A DNA stretch of 33,617 nt from a virus (lineage: Duplodnaviria; Caudoviricetes). The stretch lies in the IMG/VR virus record IMGVR_UViG_3300032219_000876, positions 1-33,617 of that record; one strand, given 5' to 3'. The position numbers and the translations under genes are program-made. Positions 8,240 through 17,165 of this stretch are shown piece after piece; the stretch's first letter is position 1; every line of letters begins with the position of its first letter. The notes under the pieces are model-generated. The model saw only the letters and a program-made list of their open reading frames with translations. It ran no database searches and was not told the DNA's origin.

Positions 8240-8460
8240 GTAAGCTCTGGAATGTTTCGCTTGCTACGCTGTTCCCAAATCCAAGAGCGAACAGTCTCCA
8301 TCGTTTCTACGTCGAGCTTTGCGAACTCGCCGCATTCGTGCTTTAAAGCGGATCGAAGTTCCTGATCGATGTCGTCAAGCAGAATTAGGATATCAAGCCC
8401 CTTGCAGGCTACCTCGTGCTCGTATCGTTCCGTTTCGTCAAATTCAAGTGTTAGTTTCAT
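8236..8460 (-). CDS. Hypothetical protein
   Basis: 74-aa ORF coupled to the genes on both sides. Confidence 0.6.
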   Translation of the reverse strand: MKLTLEFDETERYEHEVACKGLDILILLDDIDQELRSALKHECGEFAKLDVETMETVRSWIWEQRSKRNIPELT

Positions 8461-8705
8461 GCTTCTTCGTCTTCCTCCTCTTCCTCTTCTTTTTCGTCTG
8501 GAAATAAAATGTTGAAAGAATCGCTCGCGAGTCCCTCGACGGCAAATTTGTTGCCGAACACAAACTCACCGTGCATCGTCTCTCCTGCCTGTTCCCAGCT
8601 AACGATGGCAAGGCCGCAGTCGTAATGCTCCGAGAGAAGTCGCTTCGCTTCTGCGAGTGCTTCTATTCGCTCCGATTCAACCGTCGGTTGTTTGTTTTTT
8701 TTCAA
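8457..8705 (-). CDS. Hypothetical protein with acidic C-terminal tail
   Basis: Likely TTG start overlapping the endolysin stop; ends DEKEEEEEDEEA. Confidence 0.55.
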   Translation of the reverse strand: MKKNKQPTVESERIEALAEAKRLLSEHYDCGLAIVSWEQAGETMHGEFVFGNKFAVEGLASDSFNILFPDEKEEEEEEDEEA

Positions 8706-9175
8706 GCGAGGATGTCGATTTTTTTGGATACTCGGTTGCGTAAATTGGCGAGCATATTGCGCTCGGTCATGCCTGTAGCCCAATGCGGCCGTAGCTGATA
8801 GTGCGGTTCGTCAACAAATTTCCAGTCGCCACCCCACTCCATCCCGAGCGATTTGCCGAGAACACCGAGTTCGCGGTAGAGCGGATGCTCTCCTAGGTAT
8901 TCGCGCCATTTAAAAATTCCGATGTCGGCTGCGATTCCAAAATTGTGATTGCTGTGACCGGCAGCGGCGTTCGTGACTTTTTTCCCTGGCGATGTTCTAC
9001 CATTGGCGTAGAGCGCATCTTGTTCTAAATAGGATCGAGTGCCGCTAATGATTTTAACATCATATCCAGTTTTTGCGGCGATGCCCTTTGCCGCTCCTAG
9101 AAAGGCTCTCATGACCTTCTGCATCGTAGGGTGGAGCGTCGCTAGGTTTATTTCGCTTCGCTCGTCGAAGGTCAT
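8702..9175 (-). CDS. Endolysin, M15 family L-Ala-D-Glu peptidase-like
   Basis: GTRSYLEQDALYANGR, SNHNFGIAAD, EWGGDW and DEPHYQL motifs. Start at ATG 9175. Confidence 0.9.
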   Translation of the reverse strand: MTFDERSEINLATLHPTMQKVMRAFLGAAKGIAAKTGYDVKIISGTRSYLEQDALYANGRTSPGKKVTNAAAGHSNHNFGIAADIGIFKWREYLGEHPLYRELGVLGKSLGMEWGGDWKFVDEPHYQLRPHWATGMTERNMLANLRNRVSKKIDILA

Positions 9176-9339
9176 TTTTTCAAGCCTTGGATGTCCGGCA
9201 ATTCGTAGCAGAATGTTCCGTAATCCGTTTTCAAACATACAGACGGATTATTGAATCCAGCGCATGACGTCAGGAATGCCATCGTCGCGCAAGCGACCGA
9301 AAAAATGATCATCCAGAGCGCAATTTTTTTCGCAGTCAT
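9172..9339 (-). CDS. Small lipoprotein, spanin-like candidate
   Basis: MTAKK followed by a hydrophobic stretch and lipobox LTSC; lies inside the lysis cassette. Confidence 0.6.
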   Translation of the reverse strand: MTAKKIALWMIIFSVACATMAFLTSCAGFNNPSVCLKTDYGTFCYELPDIQGLKK

Positions 9340-9500
9340 TTTTCTTTGCGGAAAACTTCGATGATCCCGATTATTGCCGCAACTGCCGTGCCAATGGCAT
9401 CCCATTTCGACGGTTCAAGAGCCACTCCTAGGACGCCGCCAAGGATTGCCAGGCCGCGAAACGTGGAAGGTTCTTTCAATTTTGCGAGTAGTGTTTTCAT
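9336..9500 (-). CDS. Holin-like membrane protein (54 aa, absent from the ORF track)
   Basis: Translated by hand: MKTLLAKLKEPSTFRGLAILGGVLGVALEPSKWDAIGTAVAAIIGIIEVFRKEK; two hydrophobic segments, coupled at both ends. Confidence 0.7.
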   Translation of the reverse strand: MKTLLAKLKEPSTFRGLAILGGVLGVALEPSKWDAIGTAVAAIIGIIEVFRKEK

Positions 9501-9664
9501 GGTTTTTTAGATTTTAGCATTTTATACAACGATACCGCGCCGATGCAAATTCCGAGGACGAGAGAAGCGATGCGTAGCCACGCCTCAACCTCGGAGAACG
9601 AGATTAGGACTGCCATTGCAGGTGCGCTCGTTCCAATGAACGTATGAAAAGCATCGCTGTCCAT
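9497..9664 (-). CDS. Small membrane protein, holin or antiholin candidate
   Basis: 55 aa from ATG 9664 (TAATG overlap); hydrophobic helix followed by a basic tail KMLKSKKP. Confidence 0.6.
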   Translation of the reverse strand: MDSDAFHTFIGTSAPAMAVLISFSEVEAWLRIASLVLGICIGAVSLYKMLKSKKP

Positions 9665-10968
9665 TAGCTCAATCCGCCTTGCGAAATCAATTCTTCGGTA
9701 AGTGTGCATGGCTGAAGGATGATCGTGCTTCGTTCGCCGCCGGTCGTGAGTTCAACCTCAATCTCGGTCGTTACCGAGGTTGCATTGAGCAACAGATCAC
9801 GGACGCCGAACGTGTTGAAATCCACGGCGGCGGTCTTGCCTGGTGCTGCGGTCAAGCCGCTCTGCACCTCCAATGTCGGAAGATTGGTGAAGCCTTTGTC
9901 GCCGCCGAAATTGATGTCGTAGTAACTGTTCTGGACTCCGACGACCGTCGCGTTGCCTGCGCCGATGCTGTCGAGTGCTTGGAGTGCCGTTTGCAACTGC
10001 GCGGCGGTCGTGCTGGCGTCAAGCGGATCGGTCTGACGAAGGACGGTTGTGGCAATGCTACCCGTTGTCACCGTGCCTGTGCCGGTCGTGATCGCGACTG
10101 CGCCTGCCGTTACGCCTAGCAAAAACTCGGTCGTCTGTGGGATCGATCGAACGAAATATTGGATGCCTGCCGTGTATCCGGTCAGAGCGGTGAAGCCTGT
10201 TAGAACGACAGGCTGTGCGAGCGTCAGCCCGTGGTTGCTTGCCGTAATAAATACGCCATCCGTGACGGTGCTGGCGATATCCACGTTGTAGGTGGGAACA
10301 GTGAAGCGATAGCTTCCAAGATACGGAGCGCGTGAAAATGAGACGCGCTGAATTTCGTTGTTAAGCGTCGATCCTGTTAGCGTGGTGGCTACGCTGACCG
10401 TCATTGCCGTGCCAAGATCAGTCCATGTCGGCTGGTATACTGCTGGCGCAAGGCGAAGTTGCAACTCTTGAATTTCGGCGTTGGTGGCGTTTCCTGCGAT
10501 GCGCTCGTCGATGAGAGCGGTCGTGGTTGGGATGAGTCGAGCGAAGTTGCCCGTGATCGCGCTCTGAGTGCCTGCCGAGTTGAACGAAACGACGAAGTTG
10601 GTTGCCATCGTGCCGTCAACGCTGACCGATCCTGCGGCGGTGATTGTTGAGAGTGAGTTGAGCGCGGACGAGATCGCGCCTGCGGTCGCGCTAAAACCGA
10701 TTACTCCGCTGGTCTGGCCTCCAAAAGAGAGCGTGAATGTGCCGCTGGCTGGAACTCCTGTGCGGCTTCCTACTCCGAATTTCACGCTCGTGCCTGTGTA
10801 GTCGATCACGTTGAACGGCGCGGAGACGTTGCCTGTTGCCTCTAGAAAATACAAATTGATCGCGCCGTTGTCGCCCTTCACGAAGCGTTGAGTTGTCGCC
10901 GGTGCAAGGCTCGTCAAACTCGTCGCCAAGCGGCGGTTCGTTGTGTCAATGAAAAGATCGCGTGCCAT
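9664..10968 (-). CDS. Minor tail / fiber-like structural protein
   Basis: Thr/Gly/Ala-rich; two copies of a GTFTLSFGGQT..AISSALNSLSTI-type repeat seen in phage tail proteins; last gene before lysis. Confidence 0.7.
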   Translation of the reverse strand: MARDLFIDTTNRRLATSLTSLAPATTQRFVKGDNGAINLYFLEATGNVSAPFNVIDYTGTSVKFGVGSRTGVPASGTFTLSFGGQTSGVIGFSATAGAISSALNSLSTITAAGSVSVDGTMATNFVVSFNSAGTQSAITGNFARLIPTTTALIDERIAGNATNAEIQELQLRLAPAVYQPTWTDLGTAMTVSVATTLTGSTLNNEIQRVSFSRAPYLGSYRFTVPTYNVDIASTVTDGVFITASNHGLTLAQPVVLTGFTALTGYTAGIQYFVRSIPQTTEFLLGVTAGAVAITTGTGTVTTGSIATTVLRQTDPLDASTTAAQLQTALQALDSIGAGNATVVGVQNSYYDINFGGDKGFTNLPTLEVQSGLTAAPGKTAAVDFNTFGVRDLLLNATSVTTEIEVELTTGGERSTIILQPCTLTEELISQGGLS

Positions 10969-11256
10969 TTATTCGTGTGTTTTGTCAACAGCTTGCCATT
11001 TGCCGAGCGGGCAACGCTCGGTTGCCATGCGGAGCTTTGCCCAGGTCGAGCATCCGCACTTGCGACAGCGGCCTGTGGCGTTGAGTGCGGCGGCGTCCCA
11101 TTCGGGACAGGCTTTGCAGGTTGCTTCTCGGTTGGAGAGGGCTTCGGGTGGCGTGGTCGCGAAGCCTGCGCGAGCGAAGCGATGCGCGGCGTTGCCGAAG
11201 CGTGCGAGCATTTGGGCGCGGCGTGTTGCGCGATAGATTGATAAATTTATACTCAC
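10969..11256 (-). CDS. Small Cys-rich protein (DUF6171-like), probable metal binder
   Basis: REATCKAC..CRKCGC..K..CPLGKW pattern. Confidence 0.65.
   Translation of the reverse strand: MSINLSIYRATRRAQMLARFGNAAHRFARAGFATTPPEALSNREATCKACPEWDAAALNATGRCRKCGCSTWAKLRMATERCPLGKWQAVDKTHE
10983..10988 (-). promoter_or_regulatory. TTGACA motif 14 nt upstream of the tail-fiber-like gene ATG
   Basis: TTGACA-aaacacacgaataa-ATG(10968). Confidence 0.6.
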
Positions 11257-11783
11257 GAAACCATTAAATTTGGCACAGGCGGGGGGCCATATTGTTGCTC
11301 TGGGAAACTTGAGTCCCCTGTAATATAATAATATGCAAATGGGCCGATGCCATTGATTGTGAATGTCCCTGTCGCAGTTGTGAAATTAGGTTGTATACAG
11401 TCACTCCCTTGGACATTTGGTGATGAGACAAGGTATGCGTATTTACCAATTACGTCAGTTGATGTGTTTTCAAAATAATATCCAGACCCATAAAGACATG
11501 GAGGCGTATAAAACAACTCAAACTCCATACCTGGTTCATCATCAGATCCAAGATAATCCCAATACATAAACCAACCACCATTATCCAAAGGTTCCCAATA
11601 TATTGAAGGGAAACCCCATAAAGTCCCAGATGTTGCTCCATTCAAAGCTGACTGTGCGCTGGCTGACATTGTAATATAACACCCGCACGACGACTCACAA
11701 CACGCGCAATTAACAGCGCGAAGGCCGAGCGGTGAGTCGGATTTGGTCTTGATCAGCCCGGCTGGTGTCCTGCCTAGGATCAT
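11253..11783 (-). CDS. Tail-region protein with Cys-rich N-terminus and AT-rich variable C-terminus
   Basis: RAVNCACCESSCGC followed by an aromatic-rich domain encoded in visibly lower-GC DNA. Confidence 0.6.
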   Translation of the reverse strand: MILGRTPAGLIKTKSDSPLGLRAVNCACCESSCGCYITMSASAQSALNGATSGTLWGFPSIYWEPLDNGGWFMYWDYLGSDDEPGMEFELFYTPPCLYGSGYYFENTSTDVIGKYAYLVSSPNVQGSDCIQPNFTTATGTFTINGIGPFAYYYITGDSSFPEQQYGPPPVPNLMVS

Positions 11784-12061
11784 GGGCATTCCTCAGTTGC
11801 GATCCACGTCAGACCGCCCGACACGGCTCCGAGGACGTATGTGCCAGAACTAGGCACGGCTGGAATTTTGAGCCTACGTTTGGTAAATCCCTCTTGGCCC
11901 GATGTCTCTTGGACTAAAGTCGCATCGATCTCAAGCGTTGCGTAAACGAAATTCTTGTCAAGGTCAGCCGCCTTAATTTGATATGGATATCCGCCTGCTG
12001 CCGAGTTGCTCGCAGACTTAACAAGCTGGCTGAATATATTAGGAACTTGGTTATTTGCCAT
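11780..12061 (-). CDS. Hypothetical tail-region protein
   Basis: 93-aa ORF coupled to both neighbours. Confidence 0.6.
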   Translation of the reverse strand: MANNQVPNIFSQLVKSASNSAAGGYPYQIKAADLDKNFVYATLEIDATLVQETSGQEGFTKRRLKIPAVPSSGTYVLGAVSGGLTWIATEECP

Positions 12062-12720
12062 TAGTTAATTATGGTTTTAATTAACCTTCCATCAGCCGCT
12101 ATGCTTATGTTGCATTCTATGAAATTTCCGTAAGAATTAACCTCATAAATCTCGACGACTTGATTAAGCACATAATCACTAATTGTTATTCCTCCAATTT
12201 CGACAGAACTATTGGAGCGAAATTCACCAATCGGTAGTGGGGTCAAATTCAAATCGTAAATTAGTGGCCTTGGAGACGTTGGAATCGGAACAATTTCCGA
12301 CTTATAAGCAACAAAGTTAAAATTTATAACATCAAATATTTTTTGTGACTCAACGCTCAATTCGTTGCCCGGAATCGGCCCAGTAAGGAATACTGTAGTT
12401 GTAACGTAATTACCCACCCGCTTTGTGACCCGAACAACGCCAGTGGTATTCACTCTTCCGTAAGCTGTCACGGTGCATTTTATAAATCCGTTCCCCATGT
12501 CTTGGTAGCTCGGCGCAGGGAAAATATATGCGCCGTCGATGCACGGGGAAGCGTCCTCAGGCGAAATCGCATCGCCCTCCCTAAAAGAAAAGTAATCAAT
12601 GCTGTCGTCGGCCCGACGAATGTAGTCCTGCTGTATCATGCAAAGTCCGCTCCGGAATGTCTGCACAACGCGATTCGGTTGCTTGATCCAGTCTGTCTCT
12701 CCGTGGTAAATGTAGCTCAT
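12061..12720 (-). CDS. Putative distal tail / tail tip protein
   Basis: Immediately downstream of the tape measure gene; beta-rich composition. Positional call. Confidence 0.55.
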   Translation of the reverse strand: MSYIYHGETDWIKQPNRVVQTFRSGLCMIQQDYIRRADDSIDYFSFREGDAISPEDASPCIDGAYIFPAPSYQDMGNGFIKCTVTAYGRVNTTGVVRVTKRVGNYVTTTVFLTGPIPGNELSVESQKIFDVINFNFVAYKSEIVPIPTSPRPLIYDLNLTPLPIGEFRSNSSVEIGGITISDYVLNQVVEIYEVNSYGNFIECNISIAADGRLIKTIIN

Positions 12721-12725
12721 ATTAT

Positions 12726-15284
12726 TTAAGCGATTAGTGCTGCTGTGGGTAGTTTCGGTTCGATTTTTTCAACTGCTGTTTTGATCGCTTCGACTGCGGT
12801 CTTGATTGCTTCGAGCAATCCGGTTGCGCCAGACTTCGCGGCCACGTCAAGCTCGATGCCGTCCTTCACCGAGTCGCGAATGCCCTTGACGCTTTTTTCA
12901 GCATCGAGGGTTGTTGTAAATTTAGAAAACGCGGTTTTTGTTTTTTCCTTCGCTTCAGAACTATCAAGGGCGAGCTTGCCTTTAAACGGAGATTTATTGA
13001 TGCTATCCTTGACCTCGTCAATCGCTGCTTTGCCCGCTTTTGAATCGATGGGATTTTTTGATAGGTTAGTCTTGACCCCGTTCATGTAATCCACGACAGC
13101 TTTTATTTGCTCGCTTCCGGTCATGCCGAGCTTGTCAATGTTGAGTTTTTTAACGATGTCAGGGAAGCTCTTTGCCGCAAGATCCGTTCCTAGAATTTTA
13201 TCCATCGCTTTCAATTCAAGTCTCGCGGCCTTGGCAGTGTTGTTCCCTTTTTCGAGAGCCTCAATTTGCTTCATGTTGGCGAGAGTTTGAGCAAACCCTG
13301 TTGCCGACGCTAAATTTTCCGACATCGATTTTGTGGCTTTTGCCGACTCGAAAAACAGAGGATTTCCATCCTTGTCGGTCGTTACGATGTTTTGCGAATT
13401 TGATGCGGCTTCTGCAATGCGTAGTGCAAATTCAGCCGCTGACTCGGGATCATAACCTGCGGCGATCGCCTTTGCGAAATCGTCGGCAAGTTTCTTCCCC
13501 TCGGTTAAAGCCTTGACGCGCTCCGAATCGCCAGCGGCCTGCGCCTCGGCTAGCTCAAGCTGAAATTGAAGTTCCGCTTGTTTGCCCTCGTTTATCTTCG
13601 CCTGATCTTCTGCCTTTTTTTTGTCGGCTTCCGATATCTTTGCTTGGCCTTTTTGATACTCGTCAAAGTATTTCCGCGCCTCCTGTTCTGCGGCGGCTTG
13701 AGCTTTTGTCGTGCCGTCAACAGAGGATGTCTGCTCACCCTGTGATTTTGTGATGCTTTGCGTCAGTCTATCAATTTCCTGCTGGTGTTTTTCTAGGTCG
13801 GTAAATAGCGGCGGAACTTTGGCGTAGTTTTCTGCAAAAGAATCTGGCAGTGATTTTCCGGTTTTTACAAATTGTTCAGCTATGCGCCCACCCGCTCCTT
13901 TCAGAGAGTCCTCTATTTTATTTGCGGCTGTGTTGGCTTCGTTTGCTGCCACATTCAACTGAAGCGCGATGCCTTCTGTCAAATAGTTCCCAGAGAGAGC
14001 GTTTGCCAAGTTTCTTGAAATTGTGGCAGAGATTTTATTTGCTAAAAAATCAAACGACGAAATCACCGTAGAAATCAACGCGCCGGATGGCGAGAAGATT
14101 TCCCCAAGAAATTCGCCAGCACTTTGGAACGCCGCGACCATGTTGGTGTAGACGCTGTTTGCTGTCTCTTTAAATTGGAGTTGAATCGCCTCCCCTACGA
14201 TTTTGAATGCCGTTCCCATGTCGCCAGCATCAATCGCATCAAGTGCCGCTTGGAATCCTTTCATCCCTTCTCCTACGCCTGTGAAAAATCCAGCAAAGTC
14301 TTGCCCTAATTTCGCAGCATCGATGCGCGTCAGCGCAGTCGTTAGCGCGTCGAGTGCAGGCTTCACCTTGTCGATAATTCCTGCCGCAAATTCTACGAAT
14401 TTCCCACCGATGATCGTTAGATTGTCGCTGATTTTGTCGAACTGCGCGGCCCCCGCCTTCATAATATCCGGCAACGATCCGAGTTGAGCCTTTGCTGTCT
14501 CAAGCTCGCCATCCATGTTTGCAAAGACCTGATTTAATGCACCGCCAGATTTTCCGAATATCTCCATCGAGACGGCGGCACGCTCCGCAGGATCGGGAAT
14601 GCTGGCAATCGCTTTTCCTATTGCGCGGAGTTGTTCGTCTGGCGAAAGGTCTTGAAGCGTAGAGAGCGGAATGCCCAGTTTTGTAAAAGCGTCAGCGGCC
14701 TTGCTTGAACCGTCGCCAGCGTCAACGATGGCCTTTTGCATTTTGTTTAGAATCGGACCGAGAGAGTCAGCCCCGACTCCTGTGTTTTGAAATGCTCGCT
14801 CCAGCAGCATGACTTTATCGACAGCAACTCCCGTTCTTTCCGAGAGGTCTGCAAGCCTTCCGCCCATATCTAAAGCGTCTCCGAAGCCCTGCACGGTCTT
14901 CTGAGCGGCTGCAAATGCCGCCTCTATTACCATCGATCCAGCCTTGGCCGCTGCGCCTGCGATACCAGCACCGATAGCAATCTTACCAAATCCAATTTCC
15001 CCCTTTTTCCCAGCGTCTTCGGCTTTATCGCCAGTCGTTTTCATGTCCTTGCCTAGCGCGTCTACCTTTGGCGAGGTTGCTGTGGACGAGTCTCCGATGG
15101 CCTTAATATTTTTCTCCATCGACGTAACTTGCCCGATGCGCTTCATCGTGCTTTCGAGTTCGGTCATGGAAAGCTCCCCGCTCGACACCTTGCCCTTCAG
15201 CTGAGTAAGTTCGTCTTGAACGGCCTTGAGTGTCTTCTCAAGTCCTGTGTCGGTTGCTCCAAATTCTACGGTTACGTCGGCCAT
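12726..15284 (-). CDS. Tail tape measure protein
   Basis: Longest ORF (852 aa), Ala/Lys-rich and helical; LADLSERTGV..AFTKLGI..ERAAVSMEIFGKSG motif; downstream of the tail chaperones. Confidence 0.9.
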   Translation of the reverse strand: MADVTVEFGATDTGLEKTLKAVQDELTQLKGKVSSGELSMTELESTMKRIGQVTSMEKNIKAIGDSSTATSPKVDALGKDMKTTGDKAEDAGKKGEIGFGKIAIGAGIAGAAAKAGSMVIEAAFAAAQKTVQGFGDALDMGGRLADLSERTGVAVDKVMLLERAFQNTGVGADSLGPILNKMQKAIVDAGDGSSKAADAFTKLGIPLSTLQDLSPDEQLRAIGKAIASIPDPAERAAVSMEIFGKSGGALNQVFANMDGELETAKAQLGSLPDIMKAGAAQFDKISDNLTIIGGKFVEFAAGIIDKVKPALDALTTALTRIDAAKLGQDFAGFFTGVGEGMKGFQAALDAIDAGDMGTAFKIVGEAIQLQFKETANSVYTNMVAAFQSAGEFLGEIFSPSGALISTVISSFDFLANKISATISRNLANALSGNYLTEGIALQLNVAANEANTAANKIEDSLKGAGGRIAEQFVKTGKSLPDSFAENYAKVPPLFTDLEKHQQEIDRLTQSITKSQGEQTSSVDGTTKAQAAAEQEARKYFDEYQKGQAKISEADKKKAEDQAKINEGKQAELQFQLELAEAQAAGDSERVKALTEGKKLADDFAKAIAAGYDPESAAEFALRIAEAASNSQNIVTTDKDGNPLFFESAKATKSMSENLASATGFAQTLANMKQIEALEKGNNTAKAARLELKAMDKILGTDLAAKSFPDIVKKLNIDKLGMTGSEQIKAVVDYMNGVKTNLSKNPIDSKAGKAAIDEVKDSINKSPFKGKLALDSSEAKEKTKTAFSKFTTTLDAEKSVKGIRDSVKDGIELDVAAKSGATGLLEAIKTAVEAIKTAVEKIEPKLPTAALIA

Positions 15285-15288
15285 TTTA

Positions 15289-16089
15289 TTAAGTTTCTAC
15301 TAGGGTTTTTTGTCTCTTTTTTAGGATGGCTTCCATTTGCTTTTTCATTTTTGTAACAACAACGGCCTTGGCAAATTCCTCTTCACTTTTTGTGATAACA
15401 TTTCTTGCCCAAGGAATATCATTCGTCATCTCAACCCTTGGATTTTTTAAATCTGATGTCATGTCTTGAACCTTGCCAGACCCGCTTTTCATCGCCTTTT
15501 TTACCCAAGTCGGAAATCCAGCAAGTAGCCCTCCCTTGTTCACTTTTTTTAGCTGTGTTGCGCAATCTGCCCAACCGCCCTTGCTGATGCCGACTCGCTT
15601 TTGCACTTCTGAAATATATGTTGCATGATCTGAGTCGGACGCGATAAATAGCTTTGATCCTCGTGACTTTGTGCGGCCTGTCGTTTTGTTCCGAGCTTCG
15701 TTGTGAACGGATTTCATTTTGCTTGCGCCAATGACTTCCATTCCTGTCCACTTATTCAAAAAGCCGATGTTGCGAAGGATCGTTTCAACGATATCAAATC
15801 TGCCGCTTTTTATCAAAGCCTTGAGTCGCGCCTTGATCCTTTGTGATCCGACTCTGTCAGCGTATTCGTCAAGTTGCTCTGTGTTTTTGATAATCTTGCC
15901 GATGTCATTTTTTACGCGAATTGTGCCGGAGGTTTGCTCCTCCCCGAAAGGCTGCGTCCGCCTCGCCAGCTCTACGCAAAGAAGGCGAGCGTTGAGCATA
16001 ACGGCGTCAGGAATCGTGACCTCGCGAATGGTCGCGTAGTCCGCCATAATCTGCTCAAACTTCACGCTCTCGAATTTAAATTTTGCCAT
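15289..16089 (-). CDS. Basic virion morphogenesis protein, possibly HK97 gp10-like tail completion protein
   Basis: ARLLCVELARRTQP, VGISKGGW and EMTNDIPWA motifs. Confidence 0.5.
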   Translation of the reverse strand: MAKFKFESVKFEQIMADYATIREVTIPDAVMLNARLLCVELARRTQPFGEEQTSGTIRVKNDIGKIIKNTEQLDEYADRVGSQRIKARLKALIKSGRFDIVETILRNIGFLNKWTGMEVIGASKMKSVHNEARNKTTGRTKSRGSKLFIASDSDHATYISEVQKRVGISKGGWADCATQLKKVNKGGLLAGFPTWVKKAMKSGSGKVQDMTSDLKNPRVEMTNDIPWARNVITKSEEEFAKAVVVTKMKKQMEAILKKRQKTLVET

Positions 16090-16305
16090 ACTTTGCGAGT
16101 GTCGCCTCTATGGTGGCGAGAGCGTCAACATCGACGCTAGCGTTGTTACGTGACCAAGGACGATGGATTCCGTTTGAGTAATCGTCAGCCTGGAGCAACT
16201 GCAAGCCCACCGCGAACGGAAGTTCTTCAAGAATGTGAGCGAAGCCCCAGCCGGTCAGCTTGACAAGTCGAAACACGTAAGCGGCAAGCCAGTTGGGGCC
16301 GTTTA
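16076..16305 (-). CDS. Tail assembly chaperone, frameshifted (gpT-like) C-terminal part
   Basis: The -1 frame is open from the slippery site: LNGPNWLAAYVFRLVKLTGWGFAHILEELP. Confidence 0.75.
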
Positions 16306-16698
16306 GTTTCCCGATCCTGATCCTGCCTTTGATTCGGTGGCCGATGCGTTGTAAAGTTCAAAAGCGGCGTTCATGGCATCCGTCATCGCCGAGATTTCGA
16401 GGTGGTGGATCATGTTGTTTTCGATCCATGAATCCACGGCGTTGATGAATGCGCCTCGGTCATTGACGACCGATCGGATCGCGCTATACGGCTCGGCGTG
16501 AAGATAGGCGAATGCGGCAGATTTCCAGACCAAGTCCATGTTGCCGGAAAAGACTTCGTTGCGTTGCATCCAGCTAATCGTGAGCGCGGTGATCGGTCGC
16601 AGGATGCGTCCATTCACGATCTTCGGCCCGTCTTCCATCGCTTGGATGCGGAGGATTTCGTCGTCTTTTTGCAGTTCGTTATCTTTGTTTTTTTTCAT
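16303..16698 (-). CDS. Tail assembly chaperone (gpG-like)
   Basis: GRILRPIT motif; ends SGN-stop at a slippery heptamer; lies between tail tube and tape measure. Confidence 0.75.
   Translation of the reverse strand: MKKNKDNELQKDDEILRIQAMEDGPKIVNGRILRPITALTISWMQRNEVFSGNMDLVWKSAAFAYLHAEPYSAIRSVVNDRGAFINAVDSWIENNMIHHLEISAMTDAMNAAFELYNASATESKAGSGSGN
16306..16312 (-). other. Programmed -1 frameshift site G GGA AAC
   Basis: X XXY YYZ heptamer in the correct phase, immediately before TAA. Confidence 0.8.
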
Positions 16699-16702
16699 AT
16701 AA

Positions 16703-17101
16703 TTATTTTAAAAATCTGGTCATTTCCTGCTTCGTTTTGTCCGAAGCATTTTCCGAAATGGCGATGCGTTTTCCGTTGTGTTCGATCTCGATCAAGCGCG
16801 GAGTGTTGCGAATGATGTCCACTAAGACATCGCGGTTCGCTAGTGCGGCGCGGATGTAGCAGAGCGGGTTCTCTGGGTCTTTTGATTCGAGTTCGTCGCC
16901 GTCCTTGGTCATTTGGCGATAGACGTGTGAAGCGTCTTGACCTTTTGAGTTCTCGCCCTCAAACCAGAACTCCGTGGACTCTTTGCCGTCGGAGCGCACC
17001 AGTCGAGTAACCGGCGGGAAGTTCATTTTAAAGCCCATTGTAGCGAGTGCTACAGCGGCCTTCAGGTTGATCGTGTGGAAAAATTTCTTATTTGCGTCCA
17101 T
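16703..17101 (-). CDS. Hypothetical protein (N-terminus weakly DUF5659-like)
   Basis: 132-aa ORF containing FHTINLKAAVALATMGF. Confidence 0.6.
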   Translation of the reverse strand: MDANKKFFHTINLKAAVALATMGFKMNFPPVTRLVRSDGKESTEFWFEGENSKGQDASHVYRQMTKDGDELESKDPENPLCYIRAALANRDVLVDIIRNTPRLIEIEHNGKRIAISENASDKTKQEMTRFLK

Positions 17102-17123
17102 GTTTTTGATTCTTATATAAGGC

Positions 17124-17145
17124 GGCTCCCTTTAGCCGGGGAGCC
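17124..17145 (-). terminator. Stem-loop after the tail tube gene (terminator or mRNA-stabilising hairpin)
   Basis: GGCTCCC-cggctaaa-GGGAGCC with a weak U tail. Confidence 0.5.
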
Positions 17146-17165
17146 AGCGGCATCAGCCAGGGTTG

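Noticed and set aside
10936-10950. 15-bp exact repeat with 29464-29478 (GTTCGTTGTGTCAAT)
   Set aside because: One 15-mer match is about what chance predicts in 33.6 kb, and this copy has no suitable start codon downstream
11253-12720. Variable tail region as a diversity-generating retroelement target
   Set aside because: No reverse transcriptase gene and no template/variable repeat pair were seen
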